NCBI GenBank assembly: GCA_902602655.1
Contig: CACKRM010000001.1
Span: 31,591-95,590, forward strand
DNA from: an uncultured Pelagibacteraceae bacterium
GTDB taxonomy: Bacteria; Pseudomonadota; Alphaproteobacteria; Pelagibacterales; Pelagibacteraceae
DNA: 64,000 bases
Direction of reading: 5' to 3'
The stretch's first letter is position 1. The number at the start of each line of letters is the position of its first letter. This document shows, piece after piece, positions 43,792-54,248 of the stretch. The position numbers were made by a program, and so were the translations under genes. The notes under the pieces are model-generated. The model was not told the DNA's origin. It made no database searches and saw only the letters and a list, made by a program, of their open reading frames with translations.

Positions 43792-43878
43792 CCTGCAAAA
43801 AATGCATAGCTGAAATTAAATCATAACAATTATATTAAAAAAATTTAAGCTTTATCAAGTTAAATTGATATCAAAAAT

Positions 43879-44511
43879 ATGAAAGAAATATTTAAAAACG
43901 TAAGAGAAAAATTGGTAGCTAAATATTTGAAAAGTAACACTTCAAAACGTTACTCAAAAGATACCAAAAAATTCAAACCAAGAATTAAAGCGAGAATCAG
44001 AAAAAATAAACAACTTATAAGTAAAAATATTGATACTTTTTTTGATTGGATTAAAGGGGCAGAATTAATAGAGCTCAAATCGTGCAATGTAAAAGAGGAT
44101 CCAGTAAGACCAGAGCTTGATAACAAGTTTAGAACTAGTTTTGGTCGGAAAATTTACGGTGTTAAGTATAAAAAAGAAATTTGTGCCATAATGTGTTTTA
44201 GTTTTACTAATGAGATTCCAAAGACAGTTGAGGAATTAGATTTGATGTCTAGAGATGCCCATTTACAAAGTACTTTAAGGGACCAAAATGTTGGGAAAAT
44301 TGCCATTGCTTATACAGTCTGGTCGAAAAAAAAGGGAGGTGGAAAATTAATTGTTAAAGAAGTATTTAAAAAAATTAAGAAATCAAACCACTTAAACAGG
44401 TTAGTTACTTTATCTCCATTGACAGAAATGGCTAGAAATTTTCATTTAAGAAATGGTGCTATTGAACTTCAAATAAATGAGAAAACACAAAATTTCGAGT
44501 ACAAATTTTAA
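43879..44511 (+). CDS. Hypothetical protein resembling a minimal malonyl-CoA decarboxylase-like GNAT domain
   Basis: 210-aa ORF; AIAYTVWS, GGGKLIVKEV, LVTLSP, ARNFHLRNGA, NFEY are collinear with MCD catalytic-domain motifs (by eye). Confidence 0.6.
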   Translation: MKEIFKNVREKLVAKYLKSNTSKRYSKDTKKFKPRIKARIRKNKQLISKNIDTFFDWIKGAELIELKSCNVKEDPVRPELDNKFRTSFGRKIYGVKYKKEICAIMCFSFTNEIPKTVEELDLMSRDAHLQSTLRDQNVGKIAIAYTVWSKKKGGGKLIVKEVFKKIKKSNHLNRLVTLSPLTEMARNFHLRNGAIELQINEKTQNFEYKF

Positions 44512-44515
44512 AATT

Positions 44516-46588
44516 TTATGCAACTGCTTGTTTGATAGACAGTTTTACCTTGCCTCTATCAAAGCCTAAAACTTTAACAGAAACTTCATCACCTTCTTTA
44601 ACAACGTCGGTTACTTTGGCCACTCTTTTGCCAGCTAATTCAGATATATGGACCAACCCATCTTGTTTGCCTAAAAAGTTCACGAAAGCACCAAATTCCA
44701 TTATTTTAACTACTTTGCCTTTATAGATTTTTCCAACTTCAGGTTTTGCAATTAAATTTTTTATAAACTCTATAGCTTTTTTTCTAGACTCTTCATCAGG
44801 CGCTGCAACTGTAACTTCTCCGGTGTCTTTAACGTCAACTTTGGCTCCAGATGTCTCTACAATTTCTCTTATCGTTGCTCCGCCTTTACCAATTACTGTG
44901 GCAATTTCTTTTTTGTCAACTTTCAAGGTTTCCATTTTTGGAGTGTGCTTAGAGAACTCTTTCCTAGATGACTTTAATGCCTTATTCATTTCTCCTAATA
45001 TATGTTCTCTGCCGTCTTTGGCTTGAGCCAAAGCCTTTTCCATTATCTCAAAAGTTATGCCAGTGATTTTAATATCCATTTGTAAAGAAGTTATTCCGTC
45101 TTTAGTTCCGGCTACCTTGAAATCCATATCTCCTAGATGGTCTTCATCACCTAAAATATCTGATAAAACCGAGAATTTATCACCTTCTTTTATTAAACCC
45201 ATAGCAATACCTGCAACGGGCTCTTTTATCGGTACTCCCGCGTCCATAAGAGCTAGTGAAGTTCCACAAACAGTTGCCATAGAAGATGAACCATTTGATT
45301 CTGTAATTTCAGAAACTACTCTAAGAGTGTACGGAAAATTTTCTTTTTTAGGTAATGAGGAATTAATAGCTCTCCAAGCCAATTTTCCATGGCCTATCTC
45401 TCTTCTTCCAGTTCCTACCCTACCACATTCACCAACAGAAAAAGGAGGGAAATTATAGTGCAGCATAAAATTTGATTTCTGCATTCCTTCTAAGCTCTCA
45501 AATCTTTGCTCATCATCGGATGTACCTAGAGTAGTAACTACTAATGCTTGCGTTTCTCCCCTTGTAAATAAAGCAGATCCATGGGTCCTTGGTAAAACAC
45601 CTACTTCACACTTGATTTGTCTTACATCTGAAAGGCCTCTACCATCAATTCTTTTTTTATCTTTTAAAATTGCAGTTCGAACAATATCTTTTTCGAGCGA
45701 TTTTAATTGTGCCATTGCTTGATTTTCCGTAACATTTTCATCTTCTAAAAACATTTCTTTACATTTCGTATCTATTTCTGAAATCGCAGTTGATCGTTTC
45801 TTTTTGTCGATTTCCTTAAATGCTTTCCTTAAATCTTTTTCAAAAGTACTAGTTATTTTATTTTTTACATCTGAATGATCTACTTCTTCAATTTCCCATT
45901 TGGGTTTGCCTGCCTTTTTTGCTAGGGACTCTATGGCTTTTATAATTGGAACAAAATTTTCGTGACCAAACTTTACAGCGTCCAACATTATTTTCTCAGT
46001 CAAACCTGATGTTTCGGACTCAACCATTAAAACTGCATCTTTAGTACCTGCGACTACTAAATCTAATTCTGATTCCTTTAACTGCGCAGGAGTTGGGTTT
46101 AGCAAATATTTTTTATCTTTATATCCAACTCTACTAGCTGCTATTGGCCCTTGAAATGGAAGGCCTGATATAGCTAATGCTGCTGATGAAGCAATTATAG
46201 ATAAAATATCTGATTGATTTTCTCCATCATAAGAAAGCACAGTAGGTAATAGTTGTACTTCATTCATAAATCCTGAAGGAAACAGAGGTCTAATTGGTCT
46301 ATCAATTAATCTAGATATTAAAGTCTCTGCCTCTGTTGGTCTTGCTTCTCTTTTAAAATAACCCCCTGGTATTTTACCTGCTGCATAATATTTTTCTTGA
46401 TAATTAACAGACAAAGGAAAGTAATCTTGTCCTTCATTAATTTTTTTTGCCCCCACAGCGGTACCAATTACTACTGTTTCTCCACATGTAACAATAACTG
46501 CCCCATCAGCTTGCCTAGCAACTTTACCTGTTTCTAAAGTAATTTTTTTACCATTAATTTCAACTTCTTCTTTGTGAATTTTAAACAT
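44516..46588 (-). CDS. pnp: Polyribonucleotide nucleotidyltransferase
   Basis: [44 protein letters not shown] and S1 domains. Confidence 0.97.
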   Translation of the reverse strand: MFKIHKEEVEINGKKITLETGKVARQADGAVIVTCGETVVIGTAVGAKKINEGQDYFPLSVNYQEKYYAAGKIPGGYFKREARPTEAETLISRLIDRPIRPLFPSGFMNEVQLLPTVLSYDGENQSDILSIIASSAALAISGLPFQGPIAASRVGYKDKKYLLNPTPAQLKESELDLVVAGTKDAVLMVESETSGLTEKIMLDAVKFGHENFVPIIKAIESLAKKAGKPKWEIEEVDHSDVKNKITSTFEKDLRKAFKEIDKKKRSTAISEIDTKCKEMFLEDENVTENQAMAQLKSLEKDIVRTAILKDKKRIDGRGLSDVRQIKCEVGVLPRTHGSALFTRGETQALVVTTLGTSDDEQRFESLEGMQKSNFMLHYNFPPFSVGECGRVGTGRREIGHGKLAWRAINSSLPKKENFPYTLRVVSEITESNGSSSMATVCGTSLALMDAGVPIKEPVAGIAMGLIKEGDKFSVLSDILGDEDHLGDMDFKVAGTKDGITSLQMDIKITGITFEIMEKALAQAKDGREHILGEMNKALKSSRKEFSKHTPKMETLKVDKKEIATVIGKGGATIREIVETSGAKVDVKDTGEVTVAAPDEESRKKAIEFIKNLIAKPEVGKIYKGKVVKIMEFGAFVNFLGKQDGLVHISELAGKRVAKVTDVVKEGDEVSVKVLGFDRGKVKLSIKQAVA

Positions 46589-46848
46589 TATTTCCTTAAA
46601 TTTAATTTTTGTATAACCTTTTCATAAGATGCTGGATTTCTTTTTTTCAAATAACTTAAGAGCTTTTTTCTTTTGTTTACTGATTTACTAAGTCCTACAG
46701 AAGAATGCTTGTCTTTTTTAAATTTTTTAAAGTGCTCAGCAAGTTTTTCGATTTTCTTGCTCAATAAACCAATCTGAACCTCGGCAGATCCAACATCATC
46801 ATTGTTTATAGCAAGAGATTTAATTATATCTTTTTTTGTTGTTTTCAT
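46588..46848 (-). CDS. rpsO: 30S ribosomal protein S15
   Basis: [11 protein letters not shown]...KKDKHS, LL.YLK, LNLRK. Confidence 0.92.
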   Translation of the reverse strand: MKTTKKDIIKSLAINNDDVGSAEVQIGLLSKKIEKLAEHFKKFKKDKHSSVGLSKSVNKRKKLLSYLKKRNPASYEKVIQKLNLRK

Positions 46849-47218
46849 CTTCTTTATTTTTTTTTATTAATCTCTCAATTTTTTCAGCATATTCAAAGGA
46901 ATTATCTTCGACAAAAGAAAGCCTTGGAAGAAACTTTATATCTAGTTTTTTCGATAAGGCTTTTCTAACAAGATGTGAGAATTCAGTCAAGGTACTTACC
47001 GTTTTTCCCATTTCAATACCTCCTAAAGGTATTACATAGGCTCTAGCGGATTTTAAGTCTGAACTCATTCTAACTTCTGTAACTGTAACAACTTTGGTGT
47101 TAAAAGCAGGAATTTTTGCTTCATTCCTTATAAAAATTTCACCTAAATTTTGTTTAACTAGCTCTCCCACCCTTAGTTGTCTTTGGCTATAAGTTGAGTT
47201 TCTGTAGCTTTTTTTCAT
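46820..47218 (-). CDS. rbfA: Ribosome-binding factor A
   Basis: RQLRVGE, VTEVRMS.DL..A, P.L.F..D.SF. Confidence 0.92.
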   Translation of the reverse strand: MKKSYRNSTYSQRQLRVGELVKQNLGEIFIRNEAKIPAFNTKVVTVTEVRMSSDLKSARAYVIPLGGIEMGKTVSTLTEFSHLVRKALSKKLDIKFLPRLSFVEDNSFEYAEKIERLIKKNKEDENNKKRYN

Positions 47219-49404
47219 TAAATTTTTCTCTCAATTTTTTCCAATTGATAAGCCTCTATTACATCCTTAGCTTTAAAATCTATAAAATCTTTTAAACCAA
47301 TACCACATTCTAAACCTGTTTTTACTTCTTTAACAGCATTCTTCTCCCTAAAAATGCTTGAAATTTCACCATCATAAACCACGGAACCATCTCTTATAAC
47401 TCTAGCTTTAGACTTGTTGATTATTTCACCTTCTATAACCTTTGAGCCTGCAATTTTTCCCGCATTTGAGACTTTAAAAACTTGGAGAACTTCGGCTGAT
47501 CCTTTTATCTTTTCCTTAATTTCTGGTTCTAGTAAACCTGAAAGACCTTTTTCAACATATTCGAGAGCTTCATAAATAATGTTAAAGTGCTTAATCTCAA
47601 TATTTTGATCTTCGGCTAATTTTTTTGCTTCTCTATTAGGCTTAACATTAAAACCTAACAATAGTGCGTTGGATGCCTTAGCTAAAGACACGTCACTCTC
47701 ATTGATCATACCTATATCAGCAAGAATTATGTGAGCTTTTACCTCTTTATGTTCAATTTTATTTATTGCTAATTTTAAAGCCTCGTTTGAACCTTGAACA
47801 TCAGATTTTATTATAATATTTAGTTCTTCTTTTGTTTTTTGACTTTCAAATAAAGTAGTTTTATCCTTTGATGCAAGTTGCTTCGCATTACCTTTTTCAT
47901 TTTTCTTAAAGTCAACTATTTCTTTAGCTTTATTCTCATCTTCGGTCACTATAAATTCTGCCCCAGCAAAAGCTGTACCATTCATCCCTAGGATTTCAAC
48001 AGGCATTGAAGGAAATGCTTCATCTAAATTTTTTCCTTCATAATTAATCATAGCTCTTACCTTGCCGTAAGTATTTCCACATACAAAAAAATCTCCTTTT
48101 TTTAATAATCCATTAGAAATTAATACGGTTGAAACTGGACCTTTTCCCTTATCTATCTTTGATTCTAAAACAACTCCGGATGCTGGCCCATCAAAGGAGG
48201 ATTTTAAATCTAATATCTCTGATTGAAGTAAAATACTTTCTTTAAGCTTATCTAGATTCATTTTTTTTGTTGCAGAAACTTCTACAAACAAAGTATCTCC
48301 GCTTAAATCTTCAGCGATTAATTCATATTGCATCAAATCATTTTTTATTTTACTGATGTTTTTATTAGGTAAATCACATTTATTAATTGCAACTATTATA
48401 GGAACCTTAGCTGCTTTAGAATGTTTAATTGCTTCTACAGTTTGTGGTTTAATTCCATCATCTGCTCCTATGACTAAAACTACAATGTCAGTCACTTTCG
48501 ATCCCCTTGCTCTCATTTCTGTAAAGGCTGCGTGGCCAGGAGTATCAATAAAAGTTATTATTTGATTTTTCTCAGTTTTAACTTGGTAAGCTCCAATATG
48601 TTGAGTGATACCACCAAACTCCCCTGAAACTACATTTGTATCTCTTAGTGCATCTAACAAAGATGTTTTTCCATGGTCAACGTGGCCCATGATTGTCACG
48701 ATAGGTGGTCTTTTTTCTAACTTACCATCAGTGTTGTCGCTTTTCTTTGAAATTTTAAAAGTTGGTTTTTCCTCTAAAACTGGCACATGCCCAAATTCCT
48801 TTATAATATATTCAGCAGTATCTTTATCAATAACGTGATTTATCGTTGCTACAACTTTCATATTAAAAAGAAATTTTATAATATCTGAAGACCTTTCAGC
48901 CATTCTATTTGATAATTCTTGAATAGATATTTGTTCTGGAACATTTACATGCCTTACTACTTTTTTAAATTCTTTCTTTTCTTCAGCTTGAGGGTTACTT
49001 CTTTTTTCTTTAAGCCTTGCTCTCTTCACTGAGGCTAGGCTCCTTTGTTTAATTTCAATTTCTTCAACATTCATTGCTCTAGCTACAGTTAGTTTTATAT
49101 CTCTTTTGTCGATTGGGCCCTTAACCTTTAGTTTGTTTTTACTTGTAGCTTTATCTTCCTTTTTTTTAATAAAAGCTTTCGTAGCTTGTTGTTCAACAAA
49201 TTTTCTAGCAAAAAATTTTCGGTTATCATTTCTGTTTGAATGACTTGCTCCTTGAGTACCTTTGCCTGTATCTCTCGAATTCTTAAAATTTTTCTTCTTT
49301 TCAATAGAATATGATTTTTTTCCATCCTTTTTTTTAAAAGATGACGCATCTATACTCTTTTTAAACCCAGTCGATATTGTTAATGTTTTTTTCTTATCTT
49401 TCAT
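47218..49404 (-). CDS. infB: Translation initiation factor IF-2
   Basis: MGHVDHGKTSLLD, GGITQHIGAY, DTPGH, NKCD. Confidence 0.97.
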   Translation of the reverse strand: MKDKKKTLTISTGFKKSIDASSFKKKDGKKSYSIEKKKNFKNSRDTGKGTQGASHSNRNDNRKFFARKFVEQQATKAFIKKKEDKATSKNKLKVKGPIDKRDIKLTVARAMNVEEIEIKQRSLASVKRARLKEKRSNPQAEEKKEFKKVVRHVNVPEQISIQELSNRMAERSSDIIKFLFNMKVVATINHVIDKDTAEYIIKEFGHVPVLEEKPTFKISKKSDNTDGKLEKRPPIVTIMGHVDHGKTSLLDALRDTNVVSGEFGGITQHIGAYQVKTEKNQIITFIDTPGHAAFTEMRARGSKVTDIVVLVIGADDGIKPQTVEAIKHSKAAKVPIIVAINKCDLPNKNISKIKNDLMQYELIAEDLSGDTLFVEVSATKKMNLDKLKESILLQSEILDLKSSFDGPASGVVLESKIDKGKGPVSTVLISNGLLKKGDFFVCGNTYGKVRAMINYEGKNLDEAFPSMPVEILGMNGTAFAGAEFIVTEDENKAKEIVDFKKNEKGNAKQLASKDKTTLFESQKTKEELNIIIKSDVQGSNEALKLAINKIEHKEVKAHIILADIGMINESDVSLAKASNALLLGFNVKPNREAKKLAEDQNIEIKHFNIIYEALEYVEKGLSGLLEPEIKEKIKGSAEVLQVFKVSNAGKIAGSKVIEGEIINKSKARVIRDGSVVYDGEISSIFREKNAVKEVKTGLECGIGLKDFIDFKAKDVIEAYQLEKIERKI

Positions 49405-49411
49405 AAATTAA

Positions 49412-50965
49412 TTATTTAAATACAATTTCTCTAGCCGACATTATTAGTTGGTCAGCCTCTTCCTTTGATAAAGAAAACTCTTCTAAGTATCCATTTATCC
49501 TAATTTTTTTTCCTTTAATTTCATCAAAACCACCTATTAGCTCATCAGAAGATAGGTCGGCAAAATCACTAAGTTTTTTAATTCCTCTCTGTTCAAGAAC
49601 AACTAACATTCCCTGTGACATGCCTTTCAGATTTATTAAGCCATCTTCTACCCCAAGCTCTTTAAGTTTTTTTGAAACATCTTCTTTTTCTTTAATAAGA
49701 CCATCTTTAGATCTCGTGATTAGTTCTTTTGCGGTGTCTTCGTCAATTCCCTCAATTTTAGAAATATCATCCACTTTTGCCTGAGAAATTTCTTCGATAC
49801 CTTGAAATCCTTCTGAAACAAGTAGTTGACCTAATGTTTCATCAACCTCTAAGTTTTTAATTAAGTTCTCTGTTTTTTCTTTAAATTCTGCTTGTCTTCT
49901 TTCTGAATCTTCCTTGTCGGTAAGAATATCAATTTCAAAATTTGTAAGTTTTGAAGCTAATCTTACGTTTTGACCTCTTCTGCCAATAGCCTTACTTAAA
50001 TTTTCCTCAGTCAAAATTACTTCTATTCTCTTATTGTCTTGATCTATCAAAACTTTTTGTATTTCTGCAGGTGACAATGATTCTGAAATTAGAGTTGGTA
50101 GATCTTCTGTCCATTTTATAATATCTATTTTTTCTCCTTGTAACTCATTTACAATAGTTTGCACTCTACTACCTCTCATCCCAACACAAGCACCAACTGG
50201 ATCAATTGAACTGTCTTTTGAATGAACACATATTTTTGCTCTGCTTCCAGGATCTCTTGCAACTGCTTTAATTTCAATAATGCCTTCATATATCTCTGGA
50301 ACCTCTTGAAAAAATAATTTTGCAAGAAATTCAGGATGGGTTCTAGATAAAAATATTTGATGACCTTTTAAGTCTTCTTTAACTTCAAAACAATAAGCTT
50401 TAATTCTATCTCCATTCTTATAATTTTCTCTCAAAATCTTATCGTCTCTTTTAAGAACTCCTTCTGCTCTTCCTAGGTCAACAATAATTGTCTTGTCGTA
50501 TTCTTCCCTTTTAACAATTCCGCTTACAATTTGTCCTTTTTTATCGACAAAATCTTTGTATTGTCTATGGCGCTCAGCTTTTTTTATACTTCCATTAATA
50601 ATATTTTTTGCTGCATGTACCCCAATTCTTCCTACATCAATCTGTGGTAATATTTCAAAGATTTTATCTCCAATCTTTAAATCTGAATTTTCTTTGTTTA
50701 TTTGGGTCGCATCGCTTAAGCTAATTTCTCTACTTGGATCTTCAACTTTTTCTACTATTTCAAGCACTTTTTGAATTTTTATTTCTCCATTTTCTCGATT
50801 TATCTCAACGGCTATATTATTTTCGTTACCAAATTTAGTTAAAGCTGCTTTTTGAATGGCACTTTCCATCGACTCCATAACTAATTCTTTGTCTATAGAT
50901 TTTTCATTTGCCACAGCTTCAACTATTCTTAACAGCTCAAGCTTATCTAATCCTCTATTCAACAT
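49412..50965 (-). CDS. nusA: Transcription termination/antitermination factor NusA
   Basis: ARDPGSRAK, DPVGACVGMRGSR, AIGRRGQNVRLA; start at MLNRG after GGAGG RBS. Confidence 0.95.
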   Translation of the reverse strand: MLNRGLDKLELLRIVEAVANEKSIDKELVMESMESAIQKAALTKFGNENNIAVEINRENGEIKIQKVLEIVEKVEDPSREISLSDATQINKENSDLKIGDKIFEILPQIDVGRIGVHAAKNIINGSIKKAERHRQYKDFVDKKGQIVSGIVKREEYDKTIIVDLGRAEGVLKRDDKILRENYKNGDRIKAYCFEVKEDLKGHQIFLSRTHPEFLAKLFFQEVPEIYEGIIEIKAVARDPGSRAKICVHSKDSSIDPVGACVGMRGSRVQTIVNELQGEKIDIIKWTEDLPTLISESLSPAEIQKVLIDQDNKRIEVILTEENLSKAIGRRGQNVRLASKLTNFEIDILTDKEDSERRQAEFKEKTENLIKNLEVDETLGQLLVSEGFQGIEEISQAKVDDISKIEGIDEDTAKELITRSKDGLIKEKEDVSKKLKELGVEDGLINLKGMSQGMLVVLEQRGIKKLSDFADLSSDELIGGFDEIKGKKIRINGYLEEFSLSKEEADQLIMSAREIVFK

Positions 50966-50983
50966 TTTGTTTTCATCTCCTCC

Positions 50984-51010
50984 AAAAAAAAATGGGCAAA
51001 TGCCCATTTT
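50984..51010 (-). terminator. Intrinsic terminator/attenuator between metK and nusA (rimP-leader-like)
   Basis: Minus strand AAAATGGGC-ATTT-GCCCATTTTTTTTT: perfect stem followed by a run of nine U. Confidence 0.75.
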
Positions 51011-51062
51011 GTAAAATCTGCAATTTGATTATTTGTAATTAAAAAATTAAGGTTTTTCAAGT

Positions 51063-52223
51063 TTACAATTTGAAAAGCTCTTTTTTGTCAGTTTTTTCCC
51101 AAGAAAAATGACCATTATTTGAGGGTTCTCGTCCAAAATGACCATATGACGAAGTTATTTCATAAATAGGTTTGTTAAGTCCAAGAAGTTCTCTTATGCC
51201 TCGAGGAGATAAGTCAAAGTTTTTTTCTATAATTTTTTTTACGCCTTCAGTCTTTTGATCATCTTTTTCAGAAAGTTTTAAAAAAATAGATAGAGGTTTC
51301 GAAACCCCAATTGCATAAGAAAGTTGAATTAAACATTTGTTAGAAACTTTTGCTGCAACTATATTTTTTGCCAAGTATCTTGCCACGTAAGCTGCTGATC
51401 TATCAACCTTTGTGGGATCTTTTCCTGAGAAAGCACCACCTCCATGAGGTGCTGCGCCTCCATAGGTATCAACAATAATTTTTCTTCCTGTTAAGCCAGC
51501 ATCTCCGTCTGGTCCTCCAGTAATAAACTGACCAGTAGGATTAATATATATATTTTCCTCATTTAAATTTTCTAATAAACTTTTTGGAATGGATTTTTCG
51601 ATATAAGGCAACAATAGTTTTTTTACCTTAATTTGATCCAAATCTTTTGAGTGTTGAGATGAAATTACAACTGAAGTAACTTTCCTTGGAATGTCATCTT
51701 CATACTGCAATGTTACTTGACTTTTAGAATCTGGCTCTATTCCTTTAAGAATACCTTTTTTTCTATCTTCTGCCATTAATCTTAAAATCTTGTGAGAATA
51801 ATGGATTGGAGCTGGCATTAAATCTTTTGTCTCATTACATGCATATCCAAACATTATTCCTTGATCACCAGCACCTTCGTCTTTATTCCCTTTTGCATCT
51901 ACACCCATTGCAATATCGGAAGACTGTTCATGTAAGAAGGTTTCAATTTTTGCGTTTTTCCAACTGAAACCTTTTTGATCGTACCCTATTTCTCTAATAC
52001 ATTTTCTCACTTTTTCTATTAAATCCTCGTTTTTAATTTTTGGTCCACGTGTTTCACCTGCAAGAACAACCCTATTAGATGTTGTTAAAGTTTCGCACGC
52101 AACTCTTGAAAAAGGATCTTTTGAAAGATAACTGTCTACAACCATGTCAGAAATTCTATCACAAACTTTATCTGGATGACCCTCAGATACTGACTCACTT
52201 GTAAATAAAAAATCTTTTGCCAT
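51063..52223 (-). CDS. metK: S-adenosylmethionine synthetase
   Basis: [39 protein letters not shown]. Confidence 0.97.
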   Translation of the reverse strand: MAKDFLFTSESVSEGHPDKVCDRISDMVVDSYLSKDPFSRVACETLTTSNRVVLAGETRGPKIKNEDLIEKVRKCIREIGYDQKGFSWKNAKIETFLHEQSSDIAMGVDAKGNKDEGAGDQGIMFGYACNETKDLMPAPIHYSHKILRLMAEDRKKGILKGIEPDSKSQVTLQYEDDIPRKVTSVVISSQHSKDLDQIKVKKLLLPYIEKSIPKSLLENLNEENIYINPTGQFITGGPDGDAGLTGRKIIVDTYGGAAPHGGGAFSGKDPTKVDRSAAYVARYLAKNIVAAKVSNKCLIQLSYAIGVSKPLSIFLKLSEKDDQKTEGVKKIIEKNFDLSPRGIRELLGLNKPIYEITSSYGHFGREPSNNGHFSWEKTDKKELFKL

Positions 52224-53779
52224 TATAATTTATTTTTTTTTGTAAAAAAGATGATCGTATATGTAAATAAAAGTATAAAAAATATCAAATCATTTTTATT
52301 TTTTTTGTTATTTTCAATTAATGGAACTTTTAATTCAATATTACCAGTTTCATTTGGATTTAAACTCTTTATTACTCTTCCCTTATTATCCACAAAACCA
52401 CTTATACCCTTATTGGTTGACCTAACAAGATAAGTATTGTTTTCAATGGCTCGAAAAATAGCTTTAGTAAAATGTTGTTTTGGTCCAATAGAGTCCCCAA
52501 ACCAGGCATCTTCAGAAATATTGATAATCAAGTTTGTATTCTTATTTGAATTTTGAATAAGTTCGGGAAATATAATTTCGTAACATATAAGTGGAAGTAT
52601 TTTAGCATTTTCAATTGAAAAATTTTTTTGTACATTGCCTTTAGTAAATGAACCATATCCTCTTGTAATTTTTTTAAGTCCTATTTTATTTAAAATATTT
52701 TCAAAAGGTAAAAATTCTCCAAATGGAACTAGTTTTCTTTTATTATATTTGTATATAACTTCAAATTCGTTATTTACAGCTATTAGACTATTATAATAAA
52801 TATCCTTATTAAGTTCTTTTTTATAAGTATTAGCTCCAAAAACAATAATATGATTTTTAGAAAAATTTTCACGAAAAGTTTTTTTTAAATGTTTTAGATC
52901 GGAAAAATTGTAACCAGAGAAAACTCCCTCTGGCCAAATAAAGATCGTTTTTTTGTTTTCCTTCGGATCACTAAATTTGATCATTTCTTTGATTTGGTTA
53001 GTTAACTCATCAATTTCAATATCATAGTTTAAAACATTACTCGGTGACACAATCTTTATTAATATTTCTTTATCACTAAATTTTTGTAAATCTTTATTCA
53101 TTTCATAAGATCCATAAATATAATTACTGAAGCTAGAAAGTAACAAAAAAATAATAAATAAATAATTTAGTTTATTTTTTTTGAAAAAAAAAAGAGCTAA
53201 AGTGCAAAATATTGTTATAGCAAATAAATTAAAAGCATAAAGTCCAAGAAAGTTTAATATTTGCAATTTCTCAAGAATCGAGGACCAGCTATAAGCCCAT
53301 AAGTTCCATGGAAATCCCGTAAAAATTTTTCCTCTAAGATAGTCTATAACTGCAAATGTGCTACAAAAAATTAATAAAGATTGCACATCGTTTTTTAAAA
53401 TGGGTCCCACAATTAAAGTTCCAACTCCAAAAAAAATGGCAAGCATTAATGGAATAAGTATAATAGAAAAAGGTATTAAAAATTTAAATTCATCTACATA
53501 GGTTAAGGAGTAAGAAATCCAAAAAAGGTTTAAAAGAAAAAAACCAAAACCAAATGCATATCCAATTATAAAAAAATTTAAAAGATAAGGTTTTTTTCTA
53601 TAAGTTTTTTTAATTTTTTTTCTAACATAGGTCAGGATTAAAAATAATAATGATAGGGAAAAAAAATTTATAAATAGAAAATTAAAAGGTTGAAAACTCA
53701 ACACACTGACTGCGCCTAACAAAAAAGGGAATAAAATTAAAACTAAGAATCTATTATTTAAAACTTTTTCAAAAGTCAT
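52223..53779 (-). CDS. lnt: Apolipoprotein N-acyltransferase
   Basis: GFPWN, WPE, KLVPFGE, ICYE, DAWFG; multiple TM. Confidence 0.93.
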   Translation of the reverse strand: MTFEKVLNNRFLVLILFPFLLGAVSVLSFQPFNFLFINFFSLSLLFLILTYVRKKIKKTYRKKPYLLNFFIIGYAFGFGFFLLNLFWISYSLTYVDEFKFLIPFSIILIPLMLAIFFGVGTLIVGPILKNDVQSLLIFCSTFAVIDYLRGKIFTGFPWNLWAYSWSSILEKLQILNFLGLYAFNLFAITIFCTLALFFFKKNKLNYLFIIFLLLSSFSNYIYGSYEMNKDLQKFSDKEILIKIVSPSNVLNYDIEIDELTNQIKEMIKFSDPKENKKTIFIWPEGVFSGYNFSDLKHLKKTFRENFSKNHIIVFGANTYKKELNKDIYYNSLIAVNNEFEVIYKYNKRKLVPFGEFLPFENILNKIGLKKITRGYGSFTKGNVQKNFSIENAKILPLICYEIIFPELIQNSNKNTNLIINISEDAWFGDSIGPKQHFTKAIFRAIENNTYLVRSTNKGISGFVDNKGRVIKSLNPNETGNIELKVPLIENNKKNKNDLIFFILLFTYTIIFFTKKNKL

Positions 53780-54248
53780 AATTTTTATTTAAAGAAACTA
53801 ATAACTTCTTTTCAAAAACTTGCATCTTTTTAAAGTCTTTATCGTAATAATGTTTGTGGCCTAAAAGGTGAACCAAACCATGAATCCATAATTTATCGAA
53901 TTCAAACTTAAAATTAGTTTTTTTTTTCTTTTTTAAAATTTCTTTTATATTTATTGCTACGTCTCCTAAATATACATGATTTTTTTTTTTTAAAAGTTTT
54001 AATAAAAAAACCTTATTGTAAAATGGAAAAGATAAAACGTCTGTTGTTTTATCTTTATTTCTAAACTTTTTATTCAATAATTTAATATCTTTACTTGATG
54101 TTAGTAATATTGAAAATGAAATTTTTTTATTTTTAAAAAAGTTAATTTTTTTGTTTATTGTTTGAATATTTTTTTCCAAGAATTTTTTTGGATTATTTAT
54201 TTGTTTTTTCCAACTTTTATCTCTTACAATAACATTAATTTTTATCAT
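53769..54248 (-). CDS. ybeY: rRNA maturation endoribonuclease
   Basis: LN..FR.KDKTTDVLSFP, LGD, HGLVHLLGH.H; start set at MIKINV. Confidence 0.9.
   Translation of the reverse strand: MIKINVIVRDKSWKKQINNPKKFLEKNIQTINKKINFFKNKKISFSILLTSSKDIKLLNKKFRNKDKTTDVLSFPFYNKVFLLKLLKKKNHVYLGDVAINIKEILKKKKKTNFKFEFDKLWIHGLVHLLGHKHYYDKDFKKMQVFEKKLLVSLNKNYDF

Noticed and set aside
52386-52394. Perfect DnaA box TTATCCACA
   Set aside because: Single copy inside the lnt coding region; plausible by chance
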